Source of the DNA: Spirochaetia bacterium
GTDB taxonomy: Bacteria; Spirochaetota; Spirochaetia; UBA9216
DNA: 64,000 nt
Direction of reading: 5' to 3'
NCBI GenBank assembly: GCA_963677925.2
Contig: CAXXYH010000004.1
Coordinates: 928,001-992,000 of the forward strand
How positions within the stretch are numbered: position 1 is the stretch's first letter; each line of letters starts with the position of its first letter. Below are positions 9,003 through 18,317 of this stretch, piece after piece. The notes beneath the pieces were generated by a model that did no database searches, was not told the DNA's origin, and saw only the letters and a list, made by a program, of their open reading frames with translations. The position numbers were made by a program, and so were the translations under genes.

Positions 9003-9863
9003 ATGAAAGACAGAAAGAATAAAAACAGCTATTTCAGAATGGTCTTCGGCCGGCTTAAGAAAAACAAGCTGGCAATGGCGGGTCTGTTCTTTATGATATT
9101 TATAGTCCTTGTGGCAGTCTTTGCCGATTTTGTTGCGCCGTATCCCTATGAGCAGCAGGACCTGGACAGTGTTCTGTCTCTTCCAAGTGCCAGCCACCTG
9201 ATGGGTACTGATAACCTGGGCCGGGACATCTTAAGCAGGATAATCTACGGCGGAAGGATGTCTCTGCGTATTGGAATAATCTCGGTTGGTATAGCCGCTG
9301 TGTTCGGAATATTCCTCGGGGCGCTCTGCGGCTACTATGTCGGCAAGGTGGACCAGATAATTATGAGGATACTAGATATCTTTCAGTCGATTCCGCCTCT
9401 GCTTACTGCCATAGCTATTGCGGCTACGCTTGGTCCGGGCATCGGAAACGCGATGCTGGCGGTCGGTCTGTCGCTGATACCCTCGTACGCACGAATGACC
9501 CGTGCTTCATTCTTAAGTGTCCGGGGAATGGAATACGTAGAGGCCGCAAAGGCCATCAATGCCAGAGATATGAGAATTATCGGAAAACATATTCTTCCTA
9601 ACGCAATGTCTCCGCTTATCGTACAGATGACAATGGGCGTAGCGGGCGCGATACTCATCGCCGCAATGCTCAGTTTTATCGGTCTGGGTGCTCAGCCTCC
9701 GGTTCCTGAATGGGGTGCTATGCTATCCGGCGGACGAAACTACATTCGCGACTACTGGCACATTGTTTTCTTTCCGGGTGTAACAATCATGCTAACAGTT
9801 CTTTCACTTAATATGCTCGGCGACGGACTTCGGGATGCTCTCGATCCGCGTCTTAAACAGTAG
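9003..9863 (+). CDS. Peptide/nickel-type ABC transporter permease (DppC/OppC-like)
   Basis: H.MGTDNLGRDI.SRIIYG; EYVEAAKAI; HILPN; GDGLRDALDPR. Confidence 0.93.
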   Translation: MKDRKNKNSYFRMVFGRLKKNKLAMAGLFFMIFIVLVAVFADFVAPYPYEQQDLDSVLSLPSASHLMGTDNLGRDILSRIIYGGRMSLRIGIISVGIAAVFGIFLGALCGYYVGKVDQIIMRILDIFQSIPPLLTAIAIAATLGPGIGNAMLAVGLSLIPSYARMTRASFLSVRGMEYVEAAKAINARDMRIIGKHILPNAMSPLIVQMTMGVAGAILIAAMLSFIGLGAQPPVPEWGAMLSGGRNYIRDYWHIVFFPGVTIMLTVLSLNMLGDGLRDALDPRLKQ

Positions 9864-9873
9864 GAGGCGGCAG

Positions 9874-10905
9874 ATGGAGAATATTATTAATTCAACGCTT
9901 GAGCGTGATGATGTGAAAAAAAGTATGACGGATGAAAAGATTCTTCTGTCTATTAAAGGTCTGAACGTACATTACTCAACAGATTCGGATAAGGTTTATG
10001 CGGCCAACGATGTCTCATTTGAGCTGAAGGCAGGAGAAACGCTGGGTCTGGTAGGAGAAACAGGCGCGGGAAAGACCACCATAGCCAAGTCTATACTCAG
10101 GATTCTTCCAGATCCTCCTGCCGTGATAGACAGCGGCGAGATTCTCTTTGAAGGACAGGATCTGCTGAAACTGTCCGAGGCAAAGATGAGAAAGATCAGG
10201 GGCAACAAGATTTCCATGATTTTTCAGGACCCCATGACTGCCCTCAACCCGATTTTTTATGTCGGTAAGCAGATATCTGAGGTGATAAGGCTGCATGAGA
10301 AAATATCCCGGGCAGATGCTGATACCAAGGCTGTTAAAATCCTTGAGATGGTCGGTATTCCGGGTGATCGGTTTAACGAGTATCCGCACCAGTTTTCCGG
10401 CGGTATGAAGCAGCGTGTCGTAATTGCGATGGCCCTTGCCTGCAACCCCGCACTGCTTCTTGCCGATGAGCCTACGACGGCACTCGATGTTACCATACAG
10501 GCCCAGGTTCTTGAAATGATGGCAAGTCTCAAAAAAGAACTGAATACATCAATGATAATGATTACCCACGACCTCGGAGTTGTTGCCGAAATCTGCGACA
10601 AGGTTGCGGTCGTCTATGCGGGCAGCATTGTAGAGATGGGGGATCGGGAAGATATTTTTGACCGGACCGCACATCCCTACACAAAGGGCCTGTTCGGTTC
10701 TCTTCCGTCTTTAAGCTCTGACGAAACCCGCCTCAACCCCATCCAGGGAATGATGCCTGATCCGACCAATCTCCCTGCCGGATGCAAGTTTAATCCAAGG
10801 TGTCCGCATGCCACTGAGGAATGCCGGGCTTCCGATATTGATTTTACAGAAATCAGTCCGGGTCATCTTGTGCGATGTATTCATGTTAAGGGGGATTCCA
10901 AATAA
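9874..10905 (+). CDS. Peptide-type ABC transporter ATP-binding protein (DppD-like)
   Basis: Walker A GETGAGKT, FSGGMKQR, ADEPT, C-terminal oligo-HPY/Cys tail. Start moved to ATG 9874 behind AGGAGG. Confidence 0.93.
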   Translation: MENIINSTLERDDVKKSMTDEKILLSIKGLNVHYSTDSDKVYAANDVSFELKAGETLGLVGETGAGKTTIAKSILRILPDPPAVIDSGEILFEGQDLLKLSEAKMRKIRGNKISMIFQDPMTALNPIFYVGKQISEVIRLHEKISRADADTKAVKILEMVGIPGDRFNEYPHQFSGGMKQRVVIAMALACNPALLLADEPTTALDVTIQAQVLEMMASLKKELNTSMIMITHDLGVVAEICDKVAVVYAGSIVEMGDREDIFDRTAHPYTKGLFGSLPSLSSDETRLNPIQGMMPDPTNLPAGCKFNPRCPHATEECRASDIDFTEISPGHLVRCIHVKGDSK

Positions 10906-11891
10906 TGAGCGCGATAGTAGAGGTTAAGAACCTGAAAAAATATTTCAAGAGTCCAAGGGGAATGCTCCATGCAGTGGATGATGTCAGCTTTTCAATTGAG
11001 AAGGGGACAACCCTTGGTGTCGTAGGTGAATCAGGCTGCGGAAAGTCAACACTGGGCAGAACCATCCTTCAGCTGACAGAGAGCACAGGCGGACAGATTT
11101 TCTTTGAGGGAGAGGATGTTACGAACGCCGGAAAGAGAGAGCTGGAAAGGCTTCGCCAGGATATGCAGATAATTTTTCAGGACCCCTTCAGTTCTCTTAA
11201 TCCCAGAATGACTGTCAGCGAGACAATCATGGAGCCGCTGAAGCTCCAGGGTAAGCTTAAAAAAGCTGAGATGGAAAAAGAAACAATGAAGGTTATGGAT
11301 ACGGTCGGTCTTTCAAAGCGGCTTGCCAGCTCATATCCTCATGAGCTTGACGGCGGACGAAGGCAGAGAATCGGTATCGGCCGTGCTCTGGCCCTGAACC
11401 CCAAGTTTATTGTCTGCGATGAACCGGTCTCTGCTCTAGATGTTTCTATCCAGGCCCAGGTGCTTAACCTGATGCAGGATCTGAAAGCCGAGAGGGAACT
11501 TACCTATATTTTTATTACCCATGACCTGTCAGTTGTTAAGTACATCTCGGACGAGATTTGCGTTATGTACCTCGGGCAGGTTGTTGAGAAGGCCCCGGCT
11601 AAAGAACTTTTCAGGCAGCCTATGCATCCGTATACAAAGGCTCTGCTTTCAGCAATTCCTATTCCGGATATCCATGTTGAAAAGAAGAGAATTATTCTGC
11701 GGGGCGAGATCACATCTCCCATTAACCCCAAACCCGGCTGCCGTTTTGCCGCCAGATGTATCTATGCTGATGAAGAGTGCAGCAAGCAGCAGGAGCTTCG
11801 TGATATAGAGGGGGGGCATTATGTGCTCTGCCACCGTGCTGAGGAATTGTCCGCAGCAGACGGTATAAGAGTTGAGGAAGTTGTCCGGTAG
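10905..11891 (+). CDS. Peptide-type ABC transporter ATP-binding protein (DppF-like)
   Basis: GESGCGKS, LDGGRRQR, CDEPVSALD, HPYT, GCRFAARC. Confidence 0.93.
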   Translation: MSAIVEVKNLKKYFKSPRGMLHAVDDVSFSIEKGTTLGVVGESGCGKSTLGRTILQLTESTGGQIFFEGEDVTNAGKRELERLRQDMQIIFQDPFSSLNPRMTVSETIMEPLKLQGKLKKAEMEKETMKVMDTVGLSKRLASSYPHELDGGRRQRIGIGRALALNPKFIVCDEPVSALDVSIQAQVLNLMQDLKAERELTYIFITHDLSVVKYISDEICVMYLGQVVEKAPAKELFRQPMHPYTKALLSAIPIPDIHVEKKRIILRGEITSPINPKPGCRFAARCIYADEECSKQQELRDIEGGHYVLCHRAEELSAADGIRVEEVVR

Positions 11892-11932
11892 TACCGGTAC
11901 AAATATAAAACTGTGTTTATACAGGAGGAAGT

Positions 11933-13477
11933 ATGAAAATTGGAAAAAAGGAAGTTGTTTTACTGCTGATGGCTGCGGCAGTGCTTTTTGCATCAGTAGG
12001 CTGCAGTAAAAAGGATTCGTCAGCTTCAGCAGAAGCGGCTGAGGTAAGGGATACTCTGTACATCCAGATTAGTGCAGATCCGGGTGATTTAAATCCGTAT
12101 ACGACCAATACAACACAGAGTGCACGTGTTAACAAGCAGGTATATGAACCTCTTATGGATCTTGGGTATGATATGAAGCTGACTCCCATACTGGCGGAAA
12201 GCTGGGAGCGGGAAGATGATACTCATTACATTTTTCATATTAGAAAGGGCGTAAAATTCCATAATGGAGAAGATTTAACTTCTGAAGATGTTGTTTTCTC
12301 AATCAATACAGCTTACTCAATCAAGCTTTCCAGAAAGTATGTTGAGAATGTTGATGTAGAAGGAACCGAGGCAATTGATGATTATACAGTCAGAGTTGCT
12401 CTCACAAAGCCTGACCTTTTCTTTCTGACTGGAGTTACCAGCCTTAGAATTGTAAATAAGGAAGCTTATGAAGCAGATCCCGATCATTTTGCAAACCATC
12501 CGCAGGGTACAGGTCCATATGTTTTTGAAGACTGGAGGCTCGGCAGCTCAATTACTCTTAAAAAGAATAATGAATACTGGGGAACTCCTGCAAGTATCGA
12601 AACCCTTGTTTACAGACCGATTGGAGAAGCTGCACAAAGAGCTATTGAGCTTGAGACCGGCGGTGTAGATATAGTTCTTGACCTTCAGGCAAGTGATTAC
12701 AAGAGACTTGAAGGTGATGAAAATTTTGAAGTATTCAAGAAGGTCGGATTTAGAAGTAAATCTTTATACTTCAACAATACCAATGCTTCTGTAATGAGTG
12801 ATAAGACACTCAGACAGGCTCTGTCATATGCTATCGATACAAATGCAATTGCAAAGGTTGCCTATAACGGATTTGCAAGACCTGCAGTTACTTTTTTCAC
12901 CGAAGGTTTTGTGAACTATGATGAGAGATTCAACAAGGGAATTTTCTATGCCCAGGATTTTGAAAAGGCAAAATCACTGCTTGCAGAAGCCGGTTATCCT
13001 GACGGGCTTGAGATTAACTTTTTCATAAGTGATTTAAATATCGATGTTCTTTGTGCAGAAATCATACAGAACCAGCTTTCCCAGATCGGTGTTAAAGCTG
13101 TAATCAAATCTTTTGAGGCTGCAGTATACAACCCGACGATCGGTGATACGAATTCAGGCTGGGATATTGCTATAACAGCACTCCAGTGCCCGAGCGGTCA
13201 TTCTATGGATTACTTTAATGCATTTCTTGCAGCCGACGGTCTGAACAGACCGAAGTATCAGAGCGATGAGTTTAATGTTCTGATCAAGGAAGCTGTTGTG
13301 ACAACAGATGAAGTAAAGGCAAGAGAACTTGAAGACAGGATTATGGCACTTCTTACAGAAGATGTTCCATTCAGACCTCTCGTTCAGGAAGAGCAGCTCT
13401 ATGCCTGGAATAAGGAACTTAAGAACTTTAAAGTCTGGGGTCAGAACAACGTTCACCTCGTAGACGTTTCTTTTTAA
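11933..13477 (+). CDS. ABC transporter substrate-binding lipoprotein, family 5
   Basis: SVGC lipobox; IRKGVKFHNGEDLT.EDV.FS; GTGPY; LRQAL.YAID. Confidence 0.92.
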   Translation: MKIGKKEVVLLLMAAAVLFASVGCSKKDSSASAEAAEVRDTLYIQISADPGDLNPYTTNTTQSARVNKQVYEPLMDLGYDMKLTPILAESWEREDDTHYIFHIRKGVKFHNGEDLTSEDVVFSINTAYSIKLSRKYVENVDVEGTEAIDDYTVRVALTKPDLFFLTGVTSLRIVNKEAYEADPDHFANHPQGTGPYVFEDWRLGSSITLKKNNEYWGTPASIETLVYRPIGEAAQRAIELETGGVDIVLDLQASDYKRLEGDENFEVFKKVGFRSKSLYFNNTNASVMSDKTLRQALSYAIDTNAIAKVAYNGFARPAVTFFTEGFVNYDERFNKGIFYAQDFEKAKSLLAEAGYPDGLEINFFISDLNIDVLCAEIIQNQLSQIGVKAVIKSFEAAVYNPTIGDTNSGWDIAITALQCPSGHSMDYFNAFLAADGLNRPKYQSDEFNVLIKEAVVTTDEVKARELEDRIMALLTEDVPFRPLVQEEQLYAWNKELKNFKVWGQNNVHLVDVSF

Positions 13478-13485
13478 CTCTAATA

Positions 13486-13509
13486 TCCGGGGGGGCACCC
13501 TCCCCCGGA
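13486..13509 (+). terminator. Stem-loop after the SBP gene (terminator or mRNA-stabilising hairpin)
   Basis: TCCGGGGG-GGCACCCT-CCCCCGGA hairpin directly after the stop; no clean U-tract. Confidence 0.5.
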
Positions 13510-13549
13510 ATAATCATAATTATTTTTAACCAGTTCCCGGAGTGAATCA

Positions 13550-14362
13550 ATGGCCAGAATTAAGTGTGAGTATTATTCAAAAATCCTTACGATGAATGTC
13601 GCAGCAACCGTGTATCTTCCGTCATTTTCTACAGCGGAAGCCAATTTCATGCCGGATGAAAAGCGCTTTGACCCTCAGCGGCGTTTTAAAACCCTCACGC
13701 TGCTTCACGGCTTTTCAGGTGACCATACTATATGGGAAAGACGTTCCTGTATGGAAATGTATGCCGAGGAGAATATGCTGGCCATAGTTTGTCCCAGCGG
13801 ATACAACGGTCATTACACTGACTGGGTAACTGGGCCGCAGCACCTCAGTTTTCTTGAAAAAGAGTTTCTGCCTGCAATGCAGACCATGTTCCCTCTTTCA
13901 AAAAAACGGGAGGATAATTATGTGGGCGGTCTTTCCATGGGCGGTTACGGAGCTGCAAAATGGGCTTTTACATACCCTGAAACCTTTTCCCGGCTAATCA
14001 ATTTTTCCGGAGGGGTGGATATTGTCCCCAGAATCGAGCATTACAAAGAAAAGCTCGGTGTCCCCGTCACTGAGACAGTTTTCGGTGATCTATCTGCAAT
14101 TGAGGGCAGCGAGCATGATATCTATCATCTTATGTCTGAGCTGGCGCGCACTCGAAAGCTTAAACCGGAAATCTATTCCTGCTGCGGAACCGAAGATATT
14201 CCGGTCATGGAGGCTCATAGAAAGCTTGTTGCTTTGGGTCGTGAACTTGGTTTTGATGTAACGGCTTTTGAGGGCCCCGGCCGGCATGATTTTCATTTCT
14301 GGAATCAGGAACTTAAAAAGGTTATATACGACTGGCTGCCTCTTGAAAAGCCGGCCTATTAG
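13550..14362 (+). CDS. Esterase family alpha/beta hydrolase (tributyrin esterase/FrmB-like)
   Basis: LLHG, GLSMGG nucleophile elbow, CGTED, GPGRHDF.FW. Confidence 0.88.
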   Translation: MARIKCEYYSKILTMNVAATVYLPSFSTAEANFMPDEKRFDPQRRFKTLTLLHGFSGDHTIWERRSCMEMYAEENMLAIVCPSGYNGHYTDWVTGPQHLSFLEKEFLPAMQTMFPLSKKREDNYVGGLSMGGYGAAKWAFTYPETFSRLINFSGGVDIVPRIEHYKEKLGVPVTETVFGDLSAIEGSEHDIYHLMSELARTRKLKPEIYSCCGTEDIPVMEAHRKLVALGRELGFDVTAFEGPGRHDFHFWNQELKKVIYDWLPLEKPAY

Positions 14363-14374
14363 AAGGAGTAGAAA

Positions 14375-15178
14375 ATGGGTTGTCTGGAATACCGATTCCG
14401 ATCATCTGTGCTTGAATGTTCAACAAGAATTACTATAACACTTCCGGATTTTGCAAGTCTGACAAAGGGTGACCCGCTCGTGACGACTTATCCTGAAAAC
14501 CTGAAGCTGCCTACCATCTATCTGCTGCATGGAGGCGGCGGAGAGTCTTCTGACTGGGTGCGTCATACTCAGATTGAGAGACTTTCAAATGAAAAGAAAT
14601 TCATGACTGTCTCTATAGATGCAATGGAAAGTTTTTTTACAGATATGGTGCACGGCAGAAAATATTTTACCTATCTGACTGAAGAAGTTCCGATGATTGT
14701 GCAGCGGCTTTTTCCCTCATCTCCTGATAGAAAAGACAATTATCTGGCTGGTTTTTCAATGGGTGGGCACGGCGCAATGAAGGTCGCTCTCAGATGTCCG
14801 GAGAAATTCTGTGCAGTACTTGCGGTTTCAGGAGCCAAGGACCTTGTAAAAATGGCGAAGCTTGCCGAAAAGCTTGGCCTGCCGGCATCAAACAGCAATA
14901 TTACAGAAGCTTTCGGCGGTATAGACAGTATTTACAATACCGAAAACGATCTTATTTTTCTCGCACAGCAGCTGAAAGATTCCGGTGTGAAACCGCCGGA
15001 AATATTTCTCGGCTGCGGAACGGAAGACTACGGCTATGAGCTCTGTCTGGAATATAAACAAATTCTTGATGATATCGGACTTGAAAATGAGTTTATCTCG
15101 CTGCCGGGCGGTCATGATTTTTACCTTGCAAACGGTATGATATCAAAGGCCGTGAAGGATTTGTTCTTTAAAAATTAA
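14375..15178 (+). CDS. Esterase family alpha/beta hydrolase, paralog of the preceding gene
   Basis: YLLHG, GFSMGG, CGTED, PGGHDF. Confidence 0.88.
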   Translation: MGCLEYRFRSSVLECSTRITITLPDFASLTKGDPLVTTYPENLKLPTIYLLHGGGGESSDWVRHTQIERLSNEKKFMTVSIDAMESFFTDMVHGRKYFTYLTEEVPMIVQRLFPSSPDRKDNYLAGFSMGGHGAMKVALRCPEKFCAVLAVSGAKDLVKMAKLAEKLGLPASNSNITEAFGGIDSIYNTENDLIFLAQQLKDSGVKPPEIFLGCGTEDYGYELCLEYKQILDDIGLENEFISLPGGHDFYLANGMISKAVKDLFFKN

Positions 15179-15189
15179 GGATTTGCATA

Positions 15190-18096
15190 ATGTTCAAAGA
15201 ATCAAAATACTACAATGGAAAGAATGGCTGCAAAATTGCAGTGGATCTGTACAGACCCGAAGATTCTGATACACAGATGCCTGTGGTTCTTAATGTCGCC
15301 TATGCTCCCAGAAAAGAACGTTTTGAACGATATAATGATTTTGTAAAATTACTTATTGATAAGGGCTATGCCGCAGCCTTCTCGGATCCACGCGGGGCCG
15401 GGGCTTCATACGGGACCCATGAGGGTTTTTACGGGCTGATAGATGCTGAGGACTATGAGCTGGTAATAAATGAAATTGCAGCCGAGCCCTGGTGCAGCGG
15501 ATCAGTGGGGATGTTCGGAGGCTCAAACAGCGGCTTCATTCAGCTTCTGACTGCCAGCCGTAAACCTGAAGCTCTCAAGGCTATAATTCCCTGTGATGCA
15601 TCAGTTGATATGTATTACCAGAATAATGTGAACGGCGCCTGTGATATTCCGCCTGGTAATGCCAGGGGCAGCAGTTCTTTGGCGGCCTCGTTCGCGGATG
15701 ACCTTCTTGTTGATGAAGAATCAGCAAAAGAGCTGTTAAAGCAGCATTCGGACAATCTGCCCTTTCTCGGTCAGTACCGGCGGAATGTGTACCGGGATAC
15801 TGTTAATGAAAATATAGGATACGCCCCCTACGCTGAGATTTCTCCCTGGAACAGGATGGATGATCTGAAGTATTCGGGAATCAGTACTTTTTATAATGCA
15901 GCCTGGTACGATCCGGGTGTAACCTGGTCAGTTATCGCTCAGAAGGATACCGGAGGAAGACAGGTTATCGGTCCCTGGAAGCATACGGAGATATTCAGTC
16001 AGAAGAATACAGAATCCGGTACATACTTTGACTGGAAGCAGAGTTATCTTGATTTCTTTGACAGTACTCTTAAAAATACAGAAAGCCATGCCTCCACCCA
16101 GCCTCCTGTCAGGTATTTAACTGTGAATGAGGATCCCGGTTTTGAGTGGAAGTTTGCTGCTAACTGGCCTGTTGACGGGCAGCGGTGGACCGAGTTCTTT
16201 TTTGATTCCAATCTCTCAATGAGTGATGCTCCTCCTTCGGAAACCGCTTCTATAGGCTACTGTCCTGATGACTCGGTTGAAATGATGGGATTCGGCAGGA
16301 TGAACCGGAATCTGGGTGCTGAGTTCGGTTCACAAAGCACAAAATGTATGGGCTTTATAGGCCCTGAATTAAGTACAGATTTAGAAATAACAGGAATCCC
16401 GGTTGTGGATATACAGGTGACTTCGAATTCCAGAGACGGTCTGTTTATTGCAGTACTTGAAGATGTCCGCAAGGACGGAAGCTCAGTGTATATAACCGAC
16501 GGAGCAATACGTGCTTCACATGGAAAGATACACCAAAACCGGAGCTGGGATGCTCTGGGAATTCCATACCACCGGGGCTGTGAAGAAGATGCTGTTGAAC
16601 TGAGTGCTGATAAACCCGTGAATCTCAAGTTCAACCTTGAGGCAATCTCCTACCGGATTCGGCGGGGAAGCAGGCTCAGGCTAAGTGTCTTCTGCGGGTC
16701 GGCAAATACCTACCATCAGCCTGAGGGCATGCCGGAAGATGTTATGATAAAGCTGTATACTGGGGGAGCTGCCGGTTCCAGGCTGATTCTTCCTTATACT
16801 GCAGAGGGAAATTATACATTCAGCGGTAATATGAGTTCGGATTCTCCTGAACTCATACCCTCCGGTGATACTGAACTTCTGGTTTTTGAAAAGGAAATAT
16901 ATCTGAAAACTGCTGCCTGCTGGAAGTGTTTCAGGTGCAGTCAGGTATATCCGGAAGGTGATGTGAAGATATATGAAACAGAACATTTCAGATTGAAGAA
17001 GTATACGGAATCAGGCCTTGTTAAAATAAAAATAGATGAGCCATGGCTGAAGTTCGAATCTGCTTCGGAAAAAGTGCTTCAGGCTCCCGGGTTTAAAAAT
17101 GTTTCACAGGAGATCCCGGACTATTCGGGCTGCAGAAAAAGTTCTGAAATTGATGATGAAAAATACATATATATAAAAAATCTTAATTTTGCGACTGTCC
17201 CTGTCAGGAGGGGCAAGCGCGGCTATCCAAACCTGCAGCCGGTGGAAAAGATGGATCTGTTTATCGATCTGATAAAGCCTGAAAATCCTGAAATCGCGAA
17301 AACTGACGCGGTTTATCCATGTATTGTGTGGATTCACGGATACGGCGGTTCAAACCATCTTTTCCATAATACATGCGGGCGCTTCCTTGAAGAGGGCTAT
17401 GCTGTGGCCTCAATCGACTACCGCATATATCCGCCCAACCTGTGGCCTGCGCCTGCTGTAGATGCCAAGGGTGCTATCAGATACCTCAAGGCAAACAGCG
17501 GAAGCTTGGGTCTGGACCCTGAGCGTTTCGGTATTATCGGCGTTTCCGCCGGCGGACATCTTTCTGCATATCTTGCTGCAACAAACGGCAGTCCGGCAAC
17601 TGAGGGAAATATCGGCGGAAATACAGGTACGGACAGTTCAGTAAAGGCCGCTGCAATATATTATCCCTGGTCGGATATGTTCAGCTTCGGAGATGATATT
17701 GCAGAACTTTATCCCGATAAACCGGAGAAGGTTGATGATTCAGACGGTCCCATAGCTCCTCCTGCCTGTCTGATAGGATTTGACGGTGAAGGCCTGGGAC
17801 TGGAAGTTCTTAAAAAGCATATGGCTGATGATGATGAATATTTTCAGAAGTTTATACGCATCGGAAAGGATGCCAGTCCTCTGTATCAGGTTACCTGCAA
17901 AAGTGCTCCAAGCGTTTTTGTTCATGGTATTACAGAGAACAATATACAGATTCCTATGAACCAGAGCGTCCGTATGTTCAGGGCACTGACTAAAAAGGGA
18001 GTTAAATCACTTATGTTCTGCAACAACAATGGAAATTACGGTGATGATCCCGAGGTTAAGGAGGCTGTAATCCAGTTCATGAAGAATAGAATATAA
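15190..18096 (+). CDS. CocE/NonD hydrolase fused to a C-terminal alpha/beta hydrolase (BD-FAE/lipase-like)
   Basis: N-terminal half: DLYRP, DPRGAGASYG, PWCSG.VGMFGGSN, IGPWKH, PepX_C-like region. C-terminal ~280 aa: VWIHG, SIDYR, DAKGAIRYLK, GVSAGGHL, VHG. Confidence 0.85.
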   Translation: MFKESKYYNGKNGCKIAVDLYRPEDSDTQMPVVLNVAYAPRKERFERYNDFVKLLIDKGYAAAFSDPRGAGASYGTHEGFYGLIDAEDYELVINEIAAEPWCSGSVGMFGGSNSGFIQLLTASRKPEALKAIIPCDASVDMYYQNNVNGACDIPPGNARGSSSLAASFADDLLVDEESAKELLKQHSDNLPFLGQYRRNVYRDTVNENIGYAPYAEISPWNRMDDLKYSGISTFYNAAWYDPGVTWSVIAQKDTGGRQVIGPWKHTEIFSQKNTESGTYFDWKQSYLDFFDSTLKNTESHASTQPPVRYLTVNEDPGFEWKFAANWPVDGQRWTEFFFDSNLSMSDAPPSETASIGYCPDDSVEMMGFGRMNRNLGAEFGSQSTKCMGFIGPELSTDLEITGIPVVDIQVTSNSRDGLFIAVLEDVRKDGSSVYITDGAIRASHGKIHQNRSWDALGIPYHRGCEEDAVELSADKPVNLKFNLEAISYRIRRGSRLRLSVFCGSANTYHQPEGMPEDVMIKLYTGGAAGSRLILPYTAEGNYTFSGNMSSDSPELIPSGDTELLVFEKEIYLKTAACWKCFRCSQVYPEGDVKIYETEHFRLKKYTESGLVKIKIDEPWLKFESASEKVLQAPGFKNVSQEIPDYSGCRKSSEIDDEKYIYIKNLNFATVPVRRGKRGYPNLQPVEKMDLFIDLIKPENPEIAKTDAVYPCIVWIHGYGGSNHLFHNTCGRFLEEGYAVASIDYRIYPPNLWPAPAVDAKGAIRYLKANSGSLGLDPERFGIIGVSAGGHLSAYLAATNGSPATEGNIGGNTGTDSSVKAAAIYYPWSDMFSFGDDIAELYPDKPEKVDDSDGPIAPPACLIGFDGEGLGLEVLKKHMADDDEYFQKFIRIGKDASPLYQVTCKSAPSVFVHGITENNIQIPMNQSVRMFRALTKKGVKSLMFCNNNGNYGDDPEVKEAVIQFMKNRI

Positions 18097-18135
18097 TTAG
18101 ATTATAATAAAATTATTGAGCAGGGCAGTTTGCAG

Positions 18136-18180
18136 TTGACAATTGGAATATCTAAGTTATAATGAGATTATAATCTGATT
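18136..18180 (+). promoter_or_regulatory. Sigma70 promoter of the core catabolic operon with palindromic operator
   Basis: TTGACA (18136-18141)-16 nt-TATAAT (18158-18163); near-perfect 20-bp palindrome AATGAGATTATAATCTGATT (18161-18180) over the expected +1. Confidence 0.75.
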
Positions 18181-18194
18181 GTGTAGAAGTTATT

Positions 18195-18310
18195 CCTCGC
18201 CGGCAGTGCCCTTCCTTTCTGCCTTCGAGGCTGTTCTGCTCATCTTTTGCGATTTTCGCCGGCGGCAGTTTTGTAGATGTCCTCCTTTCTGCTGCCGGCA
18301 AATTTAGGAG
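18195..18310 (+). promoter_or_regulatory. Structured 5' leader with two related hairpins carrying anti-SD-like loops
   Basis: Hairpin 1 CCTCG/CGAGG plus GGCAG/CTGCC; hairpin 2 GCCGGCGGCAG/CTGCTGCCGGC; both loops end in TCCTTT; AGGAG RBS at 18306-18310. Confidence 0.45.
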
Positions 18311-18317
18311 ATAAAGA

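Noticed and set aside
18195-18310. Known Moco/Wco or cobalamin riboswitch in the leader
   Set aside because: I could not find their conserved cores by eye; kept only as an unclassified structured leader.
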